Source of the DNA: Paramecium tetraurelia
Lineage: Eukaryota
NCBI GenBank assembly: GCA_000165425.1
Contig: CT868152.1
Span: 62,001 to 126,000, forward strand
Reading direction: 5' to 3'
DNA length: 64,000 nucleotides
Under the pieces are notes generated by a model that had not been told where the DNA came from, made no database searches, and was given only the letters and a program-made list of their open reading frames with translations. A program made the translations under genes and the position numbers. Positions 55,157-64,000 of the stretch are shown one piece after another (position 1 is the stretch's first letter; every line of letters starts with the position of its first letter).

Positions 55157-56271
55157 GCAAAATAATGGATTTGATTTATTTTAAATTTTAAAATAAAAAT
55201 AAACAAATACACTAATAATGCTTTTCATATATCTTTCTTTGTTCTTAGGAATGGATATATGTAATAGGGGATCAACGTGACTACATTCATCGAATTGTTT
55301 CTCAAAGTTTTGTTTTTTTAAAGAACGTTTAAATCAGTCAATTGATCACTTGAAATAATAATATACTATTTAAATCTAAACTCAAATAATTTTCAATTTT
55401 TACAAATAGTGTACAAATTAAATCTTATTGTTATGAATATATAAGTACATATATTAAGGATATTAAGAAAGAAAAGATAAAAAATCTGAAAGACCATGAA
55501 TTTATTTAAAGATTTCTAATTAAGATTAATTCAAAATTTTAATTTTTTTAATCATTTATTTTTGCATCTTGAATTTAGGATGTAGTTATTCTATAATCTT
55601 AAGATATCTATTTTTTGGATAAAATTCTAATGACTACTAAATGATATTAAATATATTATGTCCTCAGAATAAATATGAGTTTATCTTTAGGTTTGCCATT
55701 AGAACACTGCATGTCCAAATAACATTTAATCAAGTTTTTAACAATTATTAATGGTGAATTAGAAAATTGATCTCCATATGGAATTGATTACTATTTGAAA
55801 TATACTGTTTTTTTTCGAAGTTACACAAGCAAAGGATTTATTAATTGAGAGAACTGTTTAAACTCAATGAAATCCAAAGATATTACATTATTAGGTATGC
55901 TAGAAACATCTAGACGGATGCAATAATGTAATAGTAATTTAATAACAATCTGAATATTTTGAATAGAACCAAATGAAAATGATTGAAATCGATAAATGCT
56001 AATAATAAATGTCTTAAGGACGTAAATAAGAGCTTGGGGATTGGGAAAAATTCAAAAAGTAAAAAGAATAATGATAATTTCACTAAATTCATTGTGGCGA
56101 GACTTGAAAATAAAAAAGTATTATATAGGGAGGGATTTGGAGTGAGAGGATAAATTGGAGTTTGGAGAGAGAGCAGTTGAAGGATCAAGAAATGATTGGT
56201 CCATAAGAATACATACTTAAAGGAGTGATATAATAATAAATTTAATATATTAAGATATCTAACAACCTACA

Positions 56272-58034
<1,763 letters not shown>

Positions 58035-58351
58035 NNNNNNNNNNNNNNNNNNNNNNNNNNNNNNNNNNNNNNNNNNNNNNNNNNNNNNNNNNNNNNNNNN
58101 NNNNNNNNNNNNNNNNNNNNNNNNNNNNNNNNNNNNNNNNNNNNNNNNNNNNNNNNNNNNNNNNNNNNNNNNNNNNNNNNNNNNNNNNNNNNNNNNNNNN
58201 NNNNNNNNNNNNNNNNNNNNNNNNNNNNNNNNNNNNNNNNNNNNNNNNNNNNNNNNNNNNNNNNNNNNNNNNNNNNNNNNNNNNNNNNNNNNNNNNNNNN
58301 NNNNNNNNNNNNNNNNNNNNNNNNNNNNNNNNNNNNNNNNNNNNNNNNNNN
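58035..58351. other. Assembly gap (317 N)
   Basis: Run of n. Confidence 0.99.
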
Positions 58352-59842
58352 GAAGGAGAAGAAGAGAAAGCGAAGTCGATCATAAAAGAAAGACAAAAAA
58401 AAATAAAAAAGTAAAAAATCTAAGGAAAGAAAGTCTAAGGAGAGAGAAAAGTCAGAGAAAAAGAAATCAAATAAGAAATCGGAAAAGAAGAAAAAAAAAG
58501 ACAAAGAGAGAGAAAAAGAAAAGGATAAAGAAAAGGATAAAGAGAAGGAGAAAGAGAAGGATAAAGAAAAAGATAACAATAAGGTTGATGCATAAAAATA
58601 AGGTGAGGAAGTAGAAACCAAAGAAGTAATCAAAAAATTTATATTCCACTTTAGCAAAGAATTGCGAGATTAAAATAAGAAAGAAGAAAAAGATCCAGAT
58701 CTAATTCTGCTGTCAAACATTATTAAAAATAAATACTTGCCAACAATCCTGTAGCTAAATCAAGTACTCAAAGTTTCTCTTATCTTAATTAGATGCTCTT
58801 GGCTATGATAAATAGGATTGCTTTTGGGATGGGTTTACTTGGGTACCTAAAACTAATTTGCACGACAAAGTGAGAGAAGATAAAGAAAAAGTAATGTCAT
58901 TGACTAGTAGAATGAGAAGAATTCAAATATGCAATATACCGACAGGTTTAACTAATCGAGATCTCTATGCTGAATTGAGCAGATTTATGAATAGAAATTA
59001 CTTAAATGACGTTGGCAATGCTAAACCCATTCTTTATTGTCACCTAAACGAAAAAGATCGAACTTGCACTCTAGAATTATCATCTGTTGAAGAATCAAAT
59101 AGAATGCTCAAATTGGAGGAAATCAAATTACTGGATGAATCATGTAAAATTTTCAGATTAGGCGACAGTCTCTATGGTATTTTATAAAATTATATTTTAT
59201 TCAGGTTAATCGGTTAATCAATCATAATTAGTTTAATAAGCTCATAATATGGCCTAAGCATAAGCAGCCGCATATCTTGCTTTAAAATCACTAGGATATG
59301 CCAGAGGATAGAGGGAAGAAGATGAAATTCTGGGCTTAGGCAGGTATCCCATCCAGGATTATAAAGGTTGGAAATTTCTTAAATGTTGCTATGGCAATAA
59401 AATCTAAATAAAAATGAATGGAATGAAATGCGAGAAGATTTAACTTGAAGGCTTTTCATAATATGGTCATATAGAAGATGATTTCTTTTTGTTAAACCTT
59501 TTTAAGCAGGTCTTGGGGAGGTAATTGTGTCAATTAACCACTTTAGCCGAAGCAGGCTCTCTTTTTCTAGTTTATACAACTATTGAAGATGCCTAACGCA
59601 CGGTAATATCGATGACTGGTATAACATATAATTAGAGAGCACTCAAAATTATATTTATTAACGAATAAACCTATATTAGAAGTTACATCCCATTAAAATT
59701 AAAGTAATAACCTGAAATTGAAGAACCACAAATAAATCAAGAAAATGACAATTATGATAATGAACCATTTGAAGATTAAGAAGACTATTTGGATTAAATG
59801 GATAATAAAGTTTTAGAGAATAATAATAATAAAGATAATTGA
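58352..59842 (+). CDS. U2AF65-like splicing factor (5' partial; several apparent indels at 59320-59520)
   Basis: K/E/S/R-rich N-terminus. RRM RRIQICNIPTGLT...PILYCHLNEKDRTCTLELSSVEES resembles U2AF65 RRM1. C-terminal UHM-like PSRIIKVGNF...EDL..YGHI..GSLFLVY..AQR...YNQR. Confidence 0.72.
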
Positions 59843-60055
59843 TAATTTATATATTTAATATTTTGTGTGGGAATCAAATCAATAAATTATATTGTCATAT
59901 TAAGTTTTCAGTTACTTTTAATTATTTGGTTCTACTAAAATCTCCTTATTGTAATCATAATCAATAATTCTATGTCATTTTTATAACCAATTGCAATTTG
60001 TGTAATGAAATATACTAACATAACTAAATTGTATCATATATATTTATTTTGATAA

Positions 60056-61733
60056 TCAAATCTCAATCTTCTTAACCTTCTCTCCAAGTTCTGGGACTTC
60101 TTAAGCAATTACTTTAAGTTTGTCTTTATTCTATAGCAACTCAGCTGTGTTCATTTTAGTTGTTTTCTTCTTAATTTTACTTTACTTTTCTTCAATTTGA
60201 CTCTTTAGTATATCTGCATGTCTTAAATTTACTTCTTTAATATACTAATTAAAATTCTAAATATCAATACATCAAATTTTTTTTTCTCATGATCATTGTA
60301 ATTATTCAAATCCTACTTCCAGATTTCAGCTTATCTCTTATTTAATTCCTCTTCTTCTTCTTGTCTTCTCTTTTTTTCCTCTATTTAAGAATTCAAGAAT
60401 GACCTTAATTATTATCTTTAATCCAATTGCTTTATCTTTTTCTTTTCCTCTTCAATTTTCTCCCTTTCATTTTACGCTATAATATTCCTTAACATTTTGT
60501 CATCTTCCTATCTAATCAATTCCTTTTAATCTCTCACAACACCTTCAGCAAACATCCCCATAACTTTCTTCATCTTTTCCTCTCTCTGTTTCCTTTCCAA
60601 ATCTCTTTGTTCTTCTAATTAATTTTGCAAATTAATGTATTGTTATTACATTTAAGTTTCAGCCTCCTTCTCTAATTTAGCATCTTCTAAAGCCTTCTTT
60701 CTATATTCCTCATTCTCCTTCATCATTCTCAAGAATCTTTCTCTCTCCTTGTTCCTTCTATTAAGTTATTCTCTCTATTCTAATTCCAATTCCTCTCTAA
60801 TCTTTTTAACAAGTAAACCATCTAACTCCTTCTCCTTCTTTTGTTCTACTTTTCTAGATAATATCTTTTTCATTTTTATACTTTCTTTGCTATTCATCTC
60901 TAACCTATTTGTCTCTCTATAATTTTTCATTAAATATTTTGCTTTTAAGATTATCTTGTTTCTCTTTTTCTCTCTAATCATAGACATTTAATTAATAATG
61001 ATGTAATTTCACATAAGCATCTTCATCCTAAAACTCCTCTTATTTTTTATTTTATTTCTCATCAATTTACCTATCCAATTCATTCTTTATCTTCTTTTTG
61101 AATTCCTGTTTCCTTACATTCTCCAGTTCCTTCTCCTTCTTATATAATTCAGTGTCAAACTTAACTAACGTAGCCCATTCATCATCCTCATCGCCTTCCA
61201 TCATATACACAGATTTCGGAGCCTTATTACATCATACATATAAATTGATACTTTGGATGATATTTCAGAGTGCGCATCTTAGTTATATTATTACACTTAT
61301 TATTGTTATAATTGTTATTTATTTGATTTTCTAGATTGACTGCTAGGAGGCTTTTACTATGGAACATGCTGTGCTTGCTGTTGTTGAGTGACTTAAATTA
61401 TTCACATCAATGCAATACCTTATGATTCCTATATTGATTTTTCAGCCTAGGATTGCGTTGTTGATCCTACATTTTGAATTGCTTATTAAACTTATTATTT
61501 AAGAGTCTTCAAAGTCACGTCAGTGACTCTGGTTTTTGTAAAATAATCATTCACTATTTAAGTAATTATCTATTCTCTATTATGTAAGTTACTTATATTT
61601 TTGTTTTGTTGCTCTTACCGAAATCTTTAATAAATCTTTCCAAAACCGTCTGCTTTAACTATTCCCTTTACTACTGTATTAGTGCCTTATCGATAGTTTC
61701 CTTCTTCTTCGATTCATTAGTCACAGTGCTCAT
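60056..61733 (-). CDS. Charged coiled-coil protein (TPH-like, candidate ciliary/cytoskeletal)
   Basis: MSTVTNESKKKETID..., EGDEDDEWATLVKFDTELY followed by a long E/K/R/Q helix. Ends KIEI*. Tiny introns. Confidence 0.72.
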
Positions 61734-62783
61734 AATTATAATTAATAAAATTAATTAATAACTCATCTATTTACGTACATGTTTATCAATATAAGAAGTC
61801 TTTTATTTGCTCGCATATCTATTTATATTCACCTAACTCTTATCTGAAATCCTCAAACATATAGAATCGAACAATTCTTTCAAAAAAAATAGATTTTATT
61901 TCCAAGAATAGCAAATATTTAATAAGAAGATGGAAGATCTAATTGAATTATGGCATATTAATTATAACATCTTAAGTAAGAATACCGAAATAATAATTTT
62001 ATTTCAATAATTCATGTCTCAAATCAATGTCTATTTATAAATTTGTTAACTAATTGTAATCGTTTGACCGCATTGGAAGTATCTCTAATACATCCGCTTA
62101 TAGAAAAATTTAGGTTTAGTAAAGTTACTTTCGTTTGTAGATCAAATAAAAACTTATCATTGATTGCATAAGTATAGATTAATAATTAAATCATGAAATA
62201 TCTTTATCTTCAATGCTATGTAATTTATTTTATTGTAAAATCTCTTCCTTATATTTATTTTTAAGGATTATTTTATAAAAAATCCTTAATAGTATTTATA
62301 ATTCAAATTAATTGTTTTTTGGAATATAAAAATCAGAGTCAATTGATTTAATACATCATCTAGATTATTTATTTAAATTTATTATATAATGTATTTTCCT
62401 CTAAATTTAAGAAGCTTTATCTGAAATTTCATATTATTTTTGTAATCATATTTTACCTACAAAATATCTTCTACCTTTTCCTCCTCTAATATAAAAATTT
62501 TTTTTAGAGTAAATTTCTACTTTTTATATATTACCAGTCGATACTAAAATATTAATACTCAATCAAATTAGTTATGAGATTCTCAAATTATCTTAATTGT
62601 TGATTATATTGTTTGGTTTATAAAAAATTTCTATTGAATTTTCTAATTTCAATTAAATCTGTTGCAAATTTTAAAATTATGGACTAGAGACTGCCTCATG
62701 TAATAATTAATTAGATACAAATTAAAATTTAAAATATTAGCATTTATATGTATTCTTTATTAATATTGACATTTAATTAATTA

Positions 62784-63685
62784 ATGAGGAATTATATCAC
62801 GATAACACAAGATAATAATGTTAGACAATATCCAAGATTACTTGCTAATGAAGGCTTATAAAATTAGATGGCTAAGTTCAAGAAAATTGAAAATGAAGGT
62901 GGGTTTAAGAAAAAAGTAGAAACTAACTTTGTTCTAAAGAGTTTACATAAGATGAATCATGAGACACATAGTTTCAGATTAATAAAAGTCTTAGATACTC
63001 CATTTATACAAAGGAGAAAAAGTGAATGTGATGGAGTAATTTCTGAAAAAATTGTATTTATCTAAGTTATCATAAGCAAAACATCGATATGAAGTACCCT
63101 AAAACAACAATTGGGCAACACCAATTTTTAGATAGAGTTAAAGACTTACGTAGAAAAGCTATAAAGGGGAGAATGAAAAATAAATTTTAGAAATCTTTCA
63201 GGAAAATAGATACAACAAAACCTAGCTAATTCAATCATCAACCTCACTATACTATGTCAAAACGTGATTCCACTTATGGGAGTTTACAAGAAATCAAAGT
63301 ACTCAGACCTTTTGCCAGAGATCGTGCTTACTATTAACGAACATTGGAGAAAAAGGGATCTGATTCTTTTTGTGAATCCCCAAGCACGCCTAATCTTCAT
63401 ATTCGTAGAAGAACATAGAAAATAGGAGTAACACAAAATTAAAAATAATTTGTTTTACTCTAATTGAACAAGTTCAGCCCCAAAAATTTTGAATAAATAA
63501 AAAAAGATTCCATACTAAAGATCTTATCAGAAACCAAAGAGAGCTAGTCTTAAACTCATGTTGTTCCTTAACCTGCTTCCATAATCTTAAATAAATTTTA
63601 ACCTTACATTTGCAATCCAAAGATTATGAATCTAAAAAAATGTAGCATCTTAACCTCTTCTTCTAGAGTTAAAACCTTGTTTTGA
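62784..63685 (+). CDS. Hypothetical basic low-complexity protein
   Basis: MRNYITITQDNNVRQYPRLL... in frame with the 62868 ORF. One tiny intron near 63055. Ends RVKTLF*. Confidence 0.62.
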
Positions 63686-63721
63686 TTAACTTTATTGATC
63701 ATAAATAAATATAATTAAGTA

Positions 63722-64000
63722 TCAATTAATATGGCTTCTGCTAGTCTTGCTGTCAAAATTATTTTTTTTTCGCTTTTTAATGTTACCCAACCCAATTGTA
63801 CTTATATTACTAAAATTATAATACTTAATATTATCCATTGAATGTCTATTTGAATTAATTGAATATCGATCACAAACACTTATAACTTTATCAAATTTCT
63901 CTATATAACTCTGTTTTAGACTGCTACTAGTAATTTTATCAAGGTTACGCAAACTAGTTTTTTGCAGTTAAGTTACATTATATTTCTTGGGCTCTCTATA
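63722..64000 (-). CDS. 3' end of a hypothetical protein (partial)
   Basis: Open frame ending ...SKTSRSHIN-TGA, convergent with the previous gene. Confidence 0.5.

Noticed and set aside
54547..55212. 221-aa ORF as a single protein
   Set aside because: It is a chimera of frames; only the middle exon of RPS10 is in that frame.
55200..56270. Gene, IES or transposon in the ~1-kb AT-rich spacer (similarly 61740-62780)
   Set aside because: No convincing ORF, terminal inverted repeats, transposase motif or telomeric repeats were seen. IESs cannot be called without a germline/somatic comparison.

Overview
AT-rich, gene-dense ciliate macronuclear DNA, almost certainly Paramecium. TAA/TAG read as Gln, TGA is the only stop, and introns are tiny (21-32 nt, GT..AG). 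The supplied standard-code ORF track therefore fragments every gene, and I re-read the genes by hand in code 6. Positions 1-29.9 kb hold a head-to-tail minus-strand array of three giant (~3,200-3,360 aa) Cys-repeat surface-protein paralogs with signal peptides and GPI-like tails. They share intron positions, two of them share ~99%-identical gene-conversion patches, and copy 2 has a 1-nt frameshift and a module deletion. Positions 30-64 kb hold about 22 tightly packed genes: RAD6-type E2, HACD/PHS1, AIG1-like, divergent ORC3, a four-SP-RING protein, an eIF4B-like low-complexity protein, an EF-hand protein, VIP1/PPIP5K, CK1, a switch-less kinesin, RPS10, Polo kinase, a U2AF65-like protein, coiled-coil and hypothetical genes, plus a pseudogene and a 317-N gap. 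The most striking item is a cyclic-nucleotide phosphodiesterase whose N-terminus is a pore-less, TPTE/VSP-like S1-S4 voltage-sensor domain, a candidate voltage-sensing PDE. All family calls come from motif recognition by eye, without database searches.
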